Source of the DNA: Macrostomum hystrix
Lineage: Eukaryota > Animalia > Platyhelminthes
Reading direction: 5' to 3'
DNA: 64,000 nucleotides
NCBI GenBank assembly: GCA_950097015.1
Contig: CATNEN010000011.1
Span: forward strand, 1 to 64,000
The notes under the pieces were generated by a model. That model saw nothing but the letters and a program-made list of their open reading frames with translations. It was not told the origin of the DNA and searched no databases. Below are positions 11,392-24,300 of this stretch, piece after piece. The position numbers and the translations under genes were made by a program. Position 1 is the stretch's first letter. Every line of letters begins with the position of its first letter.

Positions 11392-14300
11392 ATGAACGCA
11401 GCTAAAGTTTTATATCTAGCTGCTCTCACAGATGTCTTGTGCAGCAATATCAGAACCAATGATTGCTATTGCAGCTTACAGCTAGCATGCCTGACTTTGA
11501 GAGGCGCAATGATGCACGCTGATACAGGAACAACCATAGAAAACAATCATGCTCCGTGTAGCGATATAGAACAGCTTTGCGCGTGCTTCCCGCACAGATC
11601 GCTGTATGTGGCTTTTCTGAACTATGTTAGGGCGCTGAGGCTAGACTTTGTTTCCTTGATTGGAACTGGCGCTTACACACTCTCCCAGTCAGCTGGAAGA
11701 TATGAACGGAGCAAAAGTTTTAGCTAGCTGCTCCCGCAGATGTCATTATGCTGCAATGTTAGAATTAGTCTCAGGATTTTGCAAAACACGCCGTACATGA
11801 ATAAGCGAAAAGAACAACTTGAGCTTCTTGCACGTGCACTAGAACAGCTTTGCACGTGCTGTTTGCAAAGATCGATACATGCTGCTATTTAATCATTTGC
11901 AAAGGACACTCAAGGCTGTAGCCAGTTTGCTTAAGTGAAAGTGCTCTTACTCTAGTCAAGAGGAAGATATGAACGCAGCTAAAGTTTTATATCTAGCTGC
12001 TCCCACAGATGTCTTGTGCAGCAATATCAGAACCAATGACTGCTATTGCAGCTTACAGCTAGCATGCCTGACTTTGAGAGGCGCAATGATGCACGCTGAT
12101 ACAGGAACAACCATAGAAAACAATCATGCTCCGTGTAGCGATATAGAACAGCTTTGCGCGTGCTTCTCGCACAGATCGCTCTATATGGCTTTTCTGAACT
12201 ATGTTGGGGCGCTGAGGCTAGACTTTGTTTCCTTGATTGGAACTGGCGCTTACACACTCTACCAGTAAGCTGGAAGATATGAACGGAGCAAAAGTTTTAG
12301 CTAGCTGCTCCCGCAGATGTCATTATGCTGCAATGTTAGAATTAGTCTCAGGATTTTGCAAAACACGCCGTACATGAATAAGCGAAAAGAACAACTTGAG
12401 CTTCTTGCACGTGCACTAGAACAGCTTTGCACGTGCTGTTTGCAAAGATCGATACATGCTGCTATTTAAGCATTTTGAAGGGACACTCAAGGCTGTAGCT
12501 AGTTTGCTTAAGTGAAAGTGCTCTTACTCTAGTCAAGAGGAAGATATGAACGCAGCTAAAGTTTTATATCTAGCTGCTCCCACAGATGTCTTGTGCAGCA
12601 ATATCAGAACCAATGATTGCTATTGCAGCTTACAGCTAGCATGCCTGACTTTGAGAGGCGCAATGATGCACGCTGATACAGGAACAACCATAGAAAACAA
12701 TCATGCTCCGTGTAGCGATATAGAACAGCTTTGCGCGTGCTTCTCGCACAGATCGCTCTATATGGCTTTTCTGAACTATGTTGGGGCGCTGAGGCTAGAC
12801 TTTGTTTCCTTGATTGGAACTGGCGCTTACACACTCTCCCAGTCAGCTGGAAGATATGAACGGAGCAAAAGTTTTAGCTAGCTGCTCCCGCAGATGTCAT
12901 TATGCTGCAATGTTAGAATTAGTCTCAGGATTTTGCAAAACACGCCGTACATGAATAAGCGAAAAGAACAACTTGAGCTTCTTGCACGTGCACTAGAACA
13001 GCTTTGCACGTTCTGTTTGCAAAGATCAATTCATGCTGCTATTTAAGCATTTTGAAGGGACACTTAAGGCTGTAGCTAGTTTGCTTAAGTGAAAGTGCTC
13101 TTACTCTAGTCAAGAGGAAGATATGAACGCAGCTAAAGTTTTATATCTAGCTGCTCCCACAGATGTCTTGTGCAGCAATATCAGAACCAATGATTGCTAT
13201 TGCAGCTTACAGCTAGCATGCCTGACTTTGAGAGGCGCAATGATGCACGCTGATACAGGAACAACCATAGAAAACAATCATGCTCCGTGTAGCGATATAG
13301 AACAGCTTTGCGCGTGCTTCTCGCACAGATCGCTCTATATGGCTTTTCTGAACTATGTTGGGGCGCTGAGGCTAGACTTTGTTTCCTTGATTGGAACTGG
13401 CGCTTACACACTCTCCCAGTCAGCTGGAAGATATGAACGGAGCAAAAGTTTTAGCTAGCTGCTCCCGCAGATGTCATTATGCTGCAATGTTAGAACTAGG
13501 CTCAAGCTTTTTGCAAATCACGCCGTACATGAAAAAGCGAAAAGAACAACTTGAGCTTCTTGCACGTGCACTAGAACAGCTTTGCACGTTCTGTTTGCAA
13601 AGATCAATTTATGCTGCTATTTAAGCATTTTGAAGGGACACTCAAGGCTGTAGCTAGTTTGCTTAAGTGAAAGTGCTCTTACTCTAGTCAAGAGGAAGAT
13701 ATGAACGCAGCTAAAGTTTTATATCTAGCTGCTCTCACAGATGTCTTGTGCAGCAATATCAGAACCAATGATTGCTATTGCAGCTTACAGCTAGCATGCC
13801 TGACTTTGAGAGGCGCAATGATGCACGCTGATACAGGAACAACCATAGAAAACAATCATGCTCCGTGTAGCGATATAGAACAGCTTTGCGCGTGCTTCCC
13901 GCACAGATCGCTGTATGTGGCTTTTCTGAACTATGTTAGGGCGCTGAGGCTAGACTTTGTTTCCTTGATTGGAACTGGCGCTTACACACTCTCCCAGTCA
14001 GCTGGAAGATATGAACGGAGCAAAAGTTTTAACTAGCTGCTCCCGCAGATGTCATTATGCTGCAATGTTAGAATTAGTCTCAGGATTTTGCAAAACACGC
14101 CGTACATGAATAAGCGAAAAGAACAACTTGAGCTTCTTGCACGTGCACTAGAACAGCTTTGCACGTGCTGTTTGCAAAGATCGATACATGCTGCTATTTA
14201 ATCATTTGCAAAGGACACTCAAGGCTGTAGCCAGTTTGCTTAAGTGAAAGTGCTCTTACTCTAGTCAAGAGGAAGATATGAACGCAGCTAAAGTTTTATA

Positions 14301-16008
14301 CCTAGCTGCTCCCACAGATGTCTTGTGCAGCAATGTCAGAACCAATGATTGCTATTGCAGCTTACAGCTAGCATGCCTGACTTTGAGAGGCGCAATGATG
14401 CACGCTGATACAGGAACAACCACAGAAAACAATCATGCTCCGTGTAGCGATCTAGAACAGGTTTGCGCGTGCTTCTCGCACAGATCGCTCTATATGGCTT
14501 TTCTGAACTATGTTGGGGCGCTGAGGCTAGACTTTGTTTCCTTGATTGGAACTGGCGCTTACACACTCTCCCAGTCAGCTGGAAGATATGAACGGAGCAA
14601 AAGTTTTAGCTAGCTGCTCCCGCAGATGTCATTATGCTGCAATGTTAGAATTAGTCTCAGGATTTTGCAAAACACGCCGTACATGAATAAGCGAAAAGAA
14701 CAACTTGAGCTTCTTGCACGTGCACTAGAACAGCTTTGCACGTGCTGTTTGCAAAGATCGATACATGCTGCTATTTAATCATTTGCAAAGGACACTCAAG
14801 GCTGTAGCCAGTTTGCTTAAGTGAAAGTGCTCTTACTCTAGTCAAGAGGAAGATATGAACGCAGCTAAAGTTTTATATCTAGCTGCTCCCACAGATGTCT
14901 TGTGCAGCAATATCAGAACCAATGACTGCTATTGCAGCTTACAGCTAGCATGCCTGACTTTGAGAGGCGCAATGATGCACGCTGATACAGGAACAACCAT
15001 AGAAAACAATCATGCTCCGTGTAGCGATATAGAACAGCTTTGCGCGTGCTTCTCGCACAGATCGCTCTATATGGCTTTTCTGAACTATGTTGGGGCGCTG
15101 AGGCTAGACTTTGTTTCCTTGATTGGAACTGGCGCTTACACACTCTACCAGTAAGCTGGAAGATATGAACGGAGCAAAAGTTTTAGCTAGCTGCTCCCGC
15201 AGATGTCATTATGCTGCAATGTTAGAATTAGTCTCAGGATTTTGCAAAACACGCCGTACATGAATAAGCGAAAAGAACAACTTGAGCTTCTTGCACGTGC
15301 ACTAGAACAGCTTTGCACGTGCTGTTTGCAAAGATCGATACATGCTGCTATTTAAGCATTTTGAAGGGACACTCAAGGCTGTAGCTAGTTTGCTTAAGTG
15401 AAAGTGCTCTTACTCTAGTCAAGAGGAAGATATGAACGCAGCTAAAGTTTTATATCTAGCTGCTCCCACAGATGTCTTGTGCAGCAATATCAGAACCAAT
15501 GATTGCTATTGCAGCTTACAGCTAGCATGCCTGACTTTGAGAGGCGCAATGATGCACGCTGATACAGGAACAACCATAGAAAACAATCATGCTCCGTGTA
15601 GCGATATAGAACAGCTTTGCGCGTGCTTCTCGCACAGATCGCTCTATATGGCTTTTCTGAACTATGTTGGGGCGCTGAGGCTAGACTTTGTTTCCTTGAT
15701 TGGAACTGGCGCTTACACACTCTCCCAGTCAGCTGGAAGATATGAACGGAGCAAAAGTTTTAGCTAGCTGCTCCCGCAGATGTCATTATGCTGCAATGTT
15801 AGAATTAGTCTCAGGATTTTGCAAAACACGCCGTACATGAATAAGCGAAAAGAACAACTTGAGCTTCTTGCACGTGCACTAGAACAGCTTTGCACGTTCT
15901 GTTTGCAAAGATCAATTCATGCTGCTATTTAAGCATTTTGAAGGGACACTTAAGGCTGTAGCTAGTTTGCTTAAGTGAAAGTGCTCTTACTCTAGTCAAG
16001 AGGAAGAT
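11392..16008 (+). repeat. Second copy of the 8-monomer A block (see 1002-5617)
   Basis: Same ordered variant series at +10390/10391 bp. The 14278 unit has the head of the 3887 unit but a different tail, so it is recombinant. Confidence 0.85.
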
Positions 16009-16585
16009 ATGAACGCAGCTAAAGTTTTATATCTAGCTGCTCCCACAGATGTCTTGTGCAGCAATATCAGAACCAATGATTGCTATTGCAGCTTACAGCT
16101 AGCATGCCTGACTTTGAGAGGCGCAATGATGCACGCTGATACAGGAACAACCATAGAAAACAATCATGCTCCGTGTAGCGATATAGAACAGCTTTGCGCG
16201 TGCTTCTCGCACAGATCGCTCTATATGGCTTTTCTGAACTATGTTGGGGCGCTGAGGCTAGACTTTGTTTCCTTGATTGGAACTGGCGCTTACACACTCT
16301 CCCAGTCAGCTGGAAGATATGAACGGAGCAAAAGTTTTAGCTAGCTGCTCCCGCAGATGTCATTATGCTGCAATGTTAGAATTAGTCTCAGGATTTTGCA
16401 AAACACGCCGTACATGAATAAGCGAAAAGAACAACTTGAGCTTCTTGCACGTGCACTAGAACAGCTTTGCACGTTCTGTTTGCAAAGATCGATACATGCT
16501 GCTATTTAAGCATTTTGAAGGGACACTCAAGGCTGTAGCTAGTTTGCTTAAGTGAAAGTGCTCTTACTCTAGTCAAGAGGAAGAT

Positions 16586-17831
16586 ATGAACGCAGCTAAA
16601 GTTTTATATCTAGCTGCTCCCACAGATGTCTTGTGAAGCAATATCAGAACCAATGATTGCTATTGCAGCTTACAGCTAGCATGCCTGACTTTGAGAGGCG
16701 CAATGTTGCACGCTGATACAGGAACAACCATAGAAAACAATCATGCTCCGTGTAGCGATATAGAACAGCTTTGCGCGTGTTTCTCGCACAGATCGATATA
16801 TGCTGCTATTTCAGAACTAAGGAACTGTGTCTGTGAACTGGGCGCTGAGGCTATAATAAAAATTCCTTGATTGAAACGTGCGTTTGCACACTCTCAATCA
16901 GCAGGAATATAGAAACGCAGCTAGAGTTTCAGCTAGCTGCTCCTACAGATGTCAATATGCTGCAATGTTAGAACTAGGTTCAAGCTTTTTGCAAATCACG
17001 CCGTACATGAAAAAGCGAAAAGAACAACTTGAGCTTCTTGCACGTGCACTAGAACAGCTTTGCACGTTCTGTTTGCAAAGATCAATTTATGCTGCTATTT
17101 AAGCATTTTGAAGGGACACTCAAGGCTGTAGCTAGTTTGCTTAAGTGAAAGTGCTCTTACTCTAGTCAAGAGGAAGATATGAACGCAGCTAAAGTTTTAT
17201 ATCTAGCTGCTCCCACAGATGTCTTGTGAAGCAATATCAGAACCAATGATTGCTATTGCAGCTTACAGCTAGCATGCCTGACTTTGAGAGGCGCAATGTT
17301 GCACGCTGATACAGGAACAACCATAAACAATAAACATAAACATAAACAACCATAAACAACCATAAACAACCATACAGGAACCACAGAAAACAATCATGCT
17401 CCGTGTAGCGATATAGAACAGCTTTGCGCGTGTTTCTCGCACAGATCGATATATGCTGCTATTTCAGAACTAAGGAACTGTGTCTGTGAACTGGGCGCTG
17501 AGGCTATAATAAAAATTCCATGATTGAAACGTGCGTTTGCACACTCTCAATCAGCAGGAATATAGAAACGCAGCTAGAGTTTCAGCTAGCTGCTCCTACA
17601 GATGTCAATATGCTGCAATGTTAGAACTAGGCTCAAGCTTTTTGCAAATCACGCCGTACATGAATAAGCGAAAAGAACAACTTGAGCTTCTTGCACGTGC
17701 ACTAGAACAGCTTTGCACGTGCTGTTTGCAAAGATCGATACATGCTGCTATTTAAGCATTTTGAAGGGACACTCAAGGCTGTAGCTAGTTTGCTTAAGTG
17801 AAAGTGCTCTTACTCTAGTCAAGAGGAAGAT
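16586..17831 (+). repeat. Pair of B monomers with private SNPs at the A/B boundary; the second carries a 60-bp insertion (653 bp)
   Basis: Both units have TTGTGAAGCA, CAATGTTGCAC and GCGTGTTTCTCG, which I did not see elsewhere. Unit spacings are 593 and 653 bp. Confidence 0.9.
17326..17385. other. 60-bp low-complexity insertion built from local sequence (AACAACCATA x3, AAACAT pieces, CAGGAAC)
   Basis: The consensus GATACAGGAACAACCATA|GAAAACAATC is split by AACAATAAACATAAACATAAACAACCATAAACAACCATAAACAACCATACAGGAACCACA; unit length is 593+60. Confidence 0.92.
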
Positions 17832-18408
17832 ATGAACGCAGCTAAAGTTTTATATCTAGCTGCTCCCACAGATGTCTTGTGCAGCAATATCAGAACCAAT
17901 GATTGCTATTGCAGCTTACAGCTAGCATGCCTGACTATGAGAGGCGCAATGATGCACGCTGATACAGGAACAACCATAGAAAACAATCATGCTCCGTGTA
18001 GCGATCTAGAACAGGTTTGCGCGTGCTTCTCGCACAGATCGCTCTATATGGCTTTTCTGAACTATGTTGGGGCGCTGAGGCTAGACTTTGTTTCCTTGAT
18101 TGGAACTGGCGCTTACACACTCTCCCAGTCAGCTGGAAGATATGAACGGAGCAAAAGTTTTAGCTAGCTGCTCCCGCAGATGTCATTATGCTGCAATGTT
18201 AGAATTAGTCTCAGGATTTTGCAAAACACGCCGTACATGAATAAGCGAAAAGAACAACTTGAGCTTCTTGCACGTGCACTAGAACAGCTTTGCACGTGCT
18301 GTTTGCAAAGATCGATACATGCTGCTATTTAAGCATTTTGAAGGGACACTCAAGGCTGTAGCTAGTTTGCTTAAGTGAAAGTGCTCTTACTCTAGTCAAG
18401 AGGAAGAT

Positions 18409-18983
18409 ATGAACGCAGCTAAAGTTTTATCTAGCTGCTCCCACAGATGTCTTGTGCAGCAATATCAGAACCAATGATTGCTATTGCAGCTTACAGCTAG
18501 CATGCCTGACTTTGAGAGGCGCAATGATGCACGCTGATACAGGAACAACCATAGAAAACAATCATGCTCGGTGTAGCGATCTAGAACAGCTGTACGCGTG
18601 CTTCTCGCACAGATCGCGCTATATGGCTTTTCTGAACTATGTTGAGGCGCTAGGGCTAGACTTTGTTTCCTTGATTGGAACTGGCGCTTACACACTCTCC
18701 CAGTCAGCTGGAAGATATAAACGGAGCAAAAGTTTTAGCTAGCTGCTCCCGCAGATGTCATTTTGCAGCAATGTTAGAATTAGTCTCAGGCTTTTGCAAA
18801 TCACGCCGTACATGAAAAAGCGAAAAGAACAACTTAAGCTTCTTGCACGTGCACTAGAACAGCTTTGCACGTGCTGTTTGCAAAGATCGATACATGCTGC
18901 TATTTAAGCATTTTGAAGGGACACTCAAGGCTGTAGCTAGTTTGCTTAAGTGAAAGTGCTCTTACTCTAGTCAAGAGGAAGAT
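18409..18983 (+). repeat. Most diverged type A monomer seen (575 bp)
   Basis: It has a 2-bp loss (AAAGTTTTATCTAG) and private SNPs GCTCGGTG, CAGCTGTACGCG, GATCGCGC, GTTGAGGCGCTAGGGC, GATATAAACGG. Its tail (TTTTGCAGCAATG ... AACTTAAGCT) matches the unit at 3887. Confidence 0.85.
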
Positions 18984-19924
18984 ATGAACGCAGCTAAAGT
19001 TTTATATCTAGCTGCTCCCACAGATGTCTTGTGCAGCAATATCAGAACCAATGATTGCTATTGCAGCTTACAGCTAGCATGCCTGACTTTGAGAGGCGCA
19101 ATGATGCACGCTGATACAGGAACAACCATAGAAAACAATCATGCTCCGTGTAGCGATATAGAACAGCTTTGCGCGTGCTTCTCGCACAGATCGATATATG
19201 CTGCTATTTCAGAACTAAGGAACTGTGTCTGTGAACTGGGCGCTGAGGCTATAATAAAAATTCCTTGATTGAAACGTGCGTTTGCACACTCTCAATCAGC
19301 AGGAATATAGAAACGCAGCTAGAGTTTCAGCTAGCTGCTCCTACAGATGTCAATATGCTGCTATGTTAGAACTAGGCTCAAGCTTTTTGCAAATCACGCC
19401 GTACATGAAAAAGCGAAAAGAACAACTTGAGCTTCTTGCACGTGCACTAGAACAGCTTTGCACGTTCTGTTTGCAAAGATCAATTCATGCTGCTATTTAA
19501 GCATTTTGAAGGGAAACTCAAGGCTGTAGCTAGTTTGCTTAAGTGAAAGTGCTCTTACTCTAGTCAAGAGGAAGATATGAACGCAGCTAAAGTTTTATAT
19601 CTAGCTGCTCCCACAGATGTCTTGTGCAGCAATATCAGAACCAATGATTGCTATTGCAGCTTACAGCTAGCATGCCTGACTTTGAGAGGCGCAATGATGC
19701 ACGCTGATACAGGAACAACCATAGAAAACAATCATGCTCCGTGTAGCGATCTAGAACAGGTTTGCGCGTGCTTCTCGCACAGATCGCTCTATATGGCTTT
19801 TCTGAACTATGTTGGGGCGCTGAGGCTAGACTTTGTTTCCTTGATTGGAACTGGCGCTTACACACTCTCCCAGTCAGCTGGAAGATATGAACGGAGCAAA
19901 AATTTTAGCTAGCTGCTCCCGCAG

Positions 19925-19934
19925 CTGGCGCATA
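19925..19934. other. 10-bp insertion CTGGCGCATA in an A monomer (587 bp); second copy at 31111-31120
   Basis: CTCCCGCAG|ATGTCATT becomes CTCCCGCAG-CTGGCGCATA-ATGTCATT in units 19577 and 30763; both are spaced 587 bp from the next anchor. Confidence 0.9.
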
Positions 19935-21333
19935 ATGTCATTATGCTGCAATGTTAGAATTAGTCTCAGGATTTTGCAAATCACGCCGTACATGAAAAAG
20001 CGAAAAGAACAACTTGAGCTTCTTGCACGTGCACTAGAACAGCTTTGCACGTTCTGTTTGCAAAGATCAATTCATGCTGCTATTTAAGCATTTTGAAGGG
20101 ACACTCAAGGCTGTAGCTAGTTTGCTTAAGTGAAAGTGCTCTTACTCTAGTCAAGAGGAAGATATGAACGCAGCTAAAGTTTTATACCTAGCTGCTCCCA
20201 CAGATGTCTTGTGCAGCAATATCAGAACCAATGATTGCTATTGCAGCTTACAGCTAGCATGCCTGACTTTGAGAGGCGCAATGATGCACGCTGATACAGG
20301 AACAACCATAGAAAACAATCATGCTCCGTGTAGCGATCTAGAACAGCTTTGCGCGTGCTTCTCGCTCAGATCGATATATGCTGCTATTTCAGAACTAAGG
20401 AACTGTGTCTGTGAACTGGGCGCTGAGGCTATAATAAAAATTCCTTGATTGAAACGTGCGTTTGCACACTCTCAATCAGCAGGAATATAGAAACGCAGCT
20501 AGAGTTTCAGCTAGCTGCTCCTACAGATGTCAATATGCTGCAATGTTAGAACTAGGCTCAAGCTTTTTGCAAATCACGCCGTACATGAAAAAACGAAAAG
20601 AACAACTTGAGCTTCTTGCACGTGCACTAGAACAGCTTTGCACGTTCTGTTTGCAAAGATCAATTCATGCTACTATTTAAGCATTTTGAAGGGACACTCA
20701 AGGCTGTAGCTAGTTTGCTTAAGTGAAAGTGCTCTTACTCTAGTCAAGAGGAAGATATGAACGCAGCTAAAGTTTTATATCTAGCTGCTCCCACAGATGT
20801 CTTGTGCAGCAATATCAGAACCAATGATTGCTAATGCAGCTTACAGCTAGCATGCCTGACTTTGAGAGGCGCAATGATGCACGCTGATACAGGAACAACC
20901 ATAGAAAACAATCATGCTCCGTGTAGCGATCTAGAACAGGTTTGCGCGTGCTTCTCGCACAGATCGCTCTATATGGCTTTTCTGAACTATGTTGGGGCGC
21001 TGAGGCTAGACTTTGTTTCCTTGATTGGAACTGGCGCTTACACACTCTCCCAGTCAGCTGGAAGATATGAACGGAGCAAAAATTTTAGCTAGCTGCTCCC
21101 GCAGATGTCATTATGCTGCAATGTTAGAATTAGTCTCAGGATTTTGCAAATCACGCCGTACATGAAAAAGCGAAAAGAACAACTTGAGCTTCTTGCACGT
21201 GCACTAGAACAGCTTTGCACGTTCTGTTTGCAAAGATCAATTCATGCTGCTATTTAAGCATTTTGAAGGGACACTCAAGGCTGTAGCTAGTTTGCTTAAG
21301 TGAAAGTGCTCTTACTCTAGTCAAGAGGAAGAT

Positions 21334-24300
21334 ATGAACGCAGCTAAAGTTTTATACCTAGCTGCTCCCACAGATGTCTTGTGCAGCAATATCAGAACCA
21401 ATGATTGCTATTGCAGCTTACAGCTAGCATGCCTGACTTTGAGAGGCGCAATGATGCACGCTGATACAGGAACAACCATAGAAAACAATCATGCTCCGTG
21501 TAGCGATATAGAACAGCTTTGCGCGTGCTTCTCGCACAGATCGATATATGCTGCTATTTCAGAACTAAGGAACTGTGTCTGTGAACTGGGCGCTGCGGCT
21601 ATAATAAAAATTCCTTGATTGAAACGTGCGTTTGCACACTCTCAATCAGCAGGAATATAGAAACGCAGCTAGAGTTTCAGCTAGCTGCTCCTACAGATGT
21701 CAATATGCTGCAATGTTAGAACTAGGCTCAAGCTTTTTGCAAATCACGCCGTACATGAAAAAACGAAAAGAACAACTTGAGCTTCTTGCACGTGCACTAG
21801 AACAGCTTTGCACGTTCTGTTTGCAAAGATCAATTCATGCTGCTATTTAAGCATTTTGAAGGGACACTCAAGGCTGTAGCTAGTTTGCTTAAGTGAAAGT
21901 GCTCTTACTCTAGTCAAGAGGAAGATATGAACGCAGCTAAAGTTTTATATCTAGCTGCTCCCACAGATGTCTTGTGCAGCAATATCAGAACCAATGATTG
22001 CTATTGCAGCTTACAGCTAGCATGCCTGACTTTGAGAGGCGCAATGATGCACGCTGATACAGGAACAACCATAGAAAACAATCATGCTCCGTGTAGCGAT
22101 ATAGAACAGCTTTGCGCGTGCTTCTCGCACAGATCGATATATGCTGCTATTTCAGAACTAAGGAACTGTGTCTGTGAACTGGGCGCTGAGGCTATAATAA
22201 AAATTCCTTGATTGAAACGTGCGTTTGCACACTCTCAATCAGCAGGAATATAGAAACGCAGCTAGAGTTTCAGCTAGCTGCTCCTACAGATGTCAATATG
22301 CTGCTATGTTAGAACTAGGCTCAAGCTTTTTGCAAATCACGCCGTACATGAAAAAGCGAAAGAACAACTTGAGCTTCTTGCACGTGCACTAGAACAGCTT
22401 TGCACGTGCTGTTTGCAAAGATCAATTCATGCTGCTATTTAAGCATTTTGAAGGGAAACTCAAGGCTGTAGCTAGTTTGCTTAAGTGAAAGTGCTCTTAC
22501 TCTAGTCAAGAGGAAGATATGAACGCAGCTAAAGTTTTATACCTAGCTGCTCCCACAGATGTCTTGTGCAGCAATATCAGAACCAATGATTGCTATTGCA
22601 GCTTACAGCTAGCATGCCTGACTTTGAGAGGCGCAATGATGCACGATGATACAGGAACAACCATAGAAAACAATCATGCTCCTTGTAGCGATATAGAACA
22701 GCTTTGCGCGTGCTTCTCGCACAGATCGATATATGCTGCTATTTCAGAACTAAGGAACTGTGTCTGTGAACTGGGCGCTGAGGCTATAATAAAAATTCCT
22801 TGATTGAAACGTGCGTTTGCACACTCTCAATCAGCAGGAATATAGAAACGCAGCTAGAGTTTCAGCTAGCTGCTCCTACAGATGTCAATATGCTGCAATG
22901 TTAGAACTAGGCTCAAGCTTTTTGCAAATCACGCCGTACATGAAAAAGCGAAAAGAACAACTTGAGCTTCTTGCACGTGCACTAGAACAGCTTTGCACGT
23001 TCTGTTTGCAAAGATCAATTCATGCTGCTATTTAAGCATTTTGAAGGGACACTCAAGGCGGTAGCCAGTTTGCTTAAGTAAAAGTGCTCTTACTCTAGTC
23101 AAGAGGTAGATATGAACGCGGCTAAAGTTTTAAAGCTAGCTGCTCCCACATATTTCTTGTGCAGCAATATCAGAACCAATGATTGCTATTGCAGCTTACA
23201 GCTAGCATGCCTGACTTTGAGAGGCGCAATGATGGACGCTGATACAGGAACAACCATACAAAACAATCATGCTCCGTGTAGCGATCTAGAACAGGTTTGC
23301 GCGTGCTTCTCGCACAGATCGCTCTATATGGCTTTTCTGAACTATGTTGGGGCGCTAAGGCTAGACTTTGTTTCCTTGTTTGGAACTGGCGCTTACACAC
23401 TCTCCCAGTCAGCTGGAAGATATATGACCGGAGCAAAAATTTTAGCTAGCTGCTCCCGCAGATGTCATTATGCTGCAATGTTAGAATTTGTCTCAGGATT
23501 TTGCAAATCACGCCGTACATGAAAAAGCGAAAAGAACAACTTGAGCTTCTTGCACGTGCACTAGAACAGCTTTGCACGTTCTGTTTGCAAAGATCAATTC
23601 ATGCTGCTATTTAAGCATTTTGAAGGGACACTCAAGGCTGTAGCTAGTTTGCTTAAGTGAAAGTGCTCTTACTCTAGTCAAGAGGAAGATATGAACGCAG
23701 CTAAAGTTTTATACCTAGCTGCTCCCACAGATGTCTTGTGCAGCAATATCAGAACCAATGATTGCTATTGCAGCTTACAGCTAGCATGCCTGACTTTGAG
23801 AGGCGCAATGATGCACGCTGATACAGGAACAACCATAGAAAACAATCATGCTCCGTGTAGCGATATAGAACAGCTTTGCGCGTGCTTCTCGCACAGATCG
23901 ATATATGCTGCTATTTCAGAACTAAGGAACTGTGTCTGTGAACTGGGCGCTGAGGCTATAATAAAAATTCCTTGATTGAAACGTGCGTTTGCACACTCTC
24001 AATCAGCAGGAATATAGAAACGCAGCTAGAGTTTCAGCTAGCTGCTCCTACAGATGTCAATATGCTGCAATGTTAGAACTAGGCTCAAGCTTTTTGCAAA
24101 TCACGCCGTACATGAAAAAGCGAAAAGAACAACTTGAGCTTCTTGCACGTGCACTAGAACAGCTTTGCACGTTCTGTTTGCAAAGATCAATTCATGCTGC
24201 TATTTAAGCATTTTGAAGGGACACTCAAGGCGGTAGCCAGTTTGCTTAAGTAAAAGTGCTCTTACTCTAGTCAAGAGGTAGATATGAACGCGGCTAAAGT

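Larger units (their letters stand above)
1..16585 (+). repeat. Domain 1: type A monomers only (577 bp; 576/578-bp variants), 28 full copies plus a partial first copy
   Basis: Anchor spacing is 576-578 bp from 425 to 16586. All units carry the A central segment GATCGCTCTATATGGCTTTTCTGAACTATGTTGGGGCG or its GATCGCTGTATGTGG variant. Confidence 0.97.

Noticed and set aside
17326-17385. Telomere-like repeat healing (C/A-rich insertion)
   Set aside because: The units (AACAACCATA, AAACAT) match the flanking satellite sequence, not a telomere motif such as CCCTAA, CCCTAAA or CCTAA.
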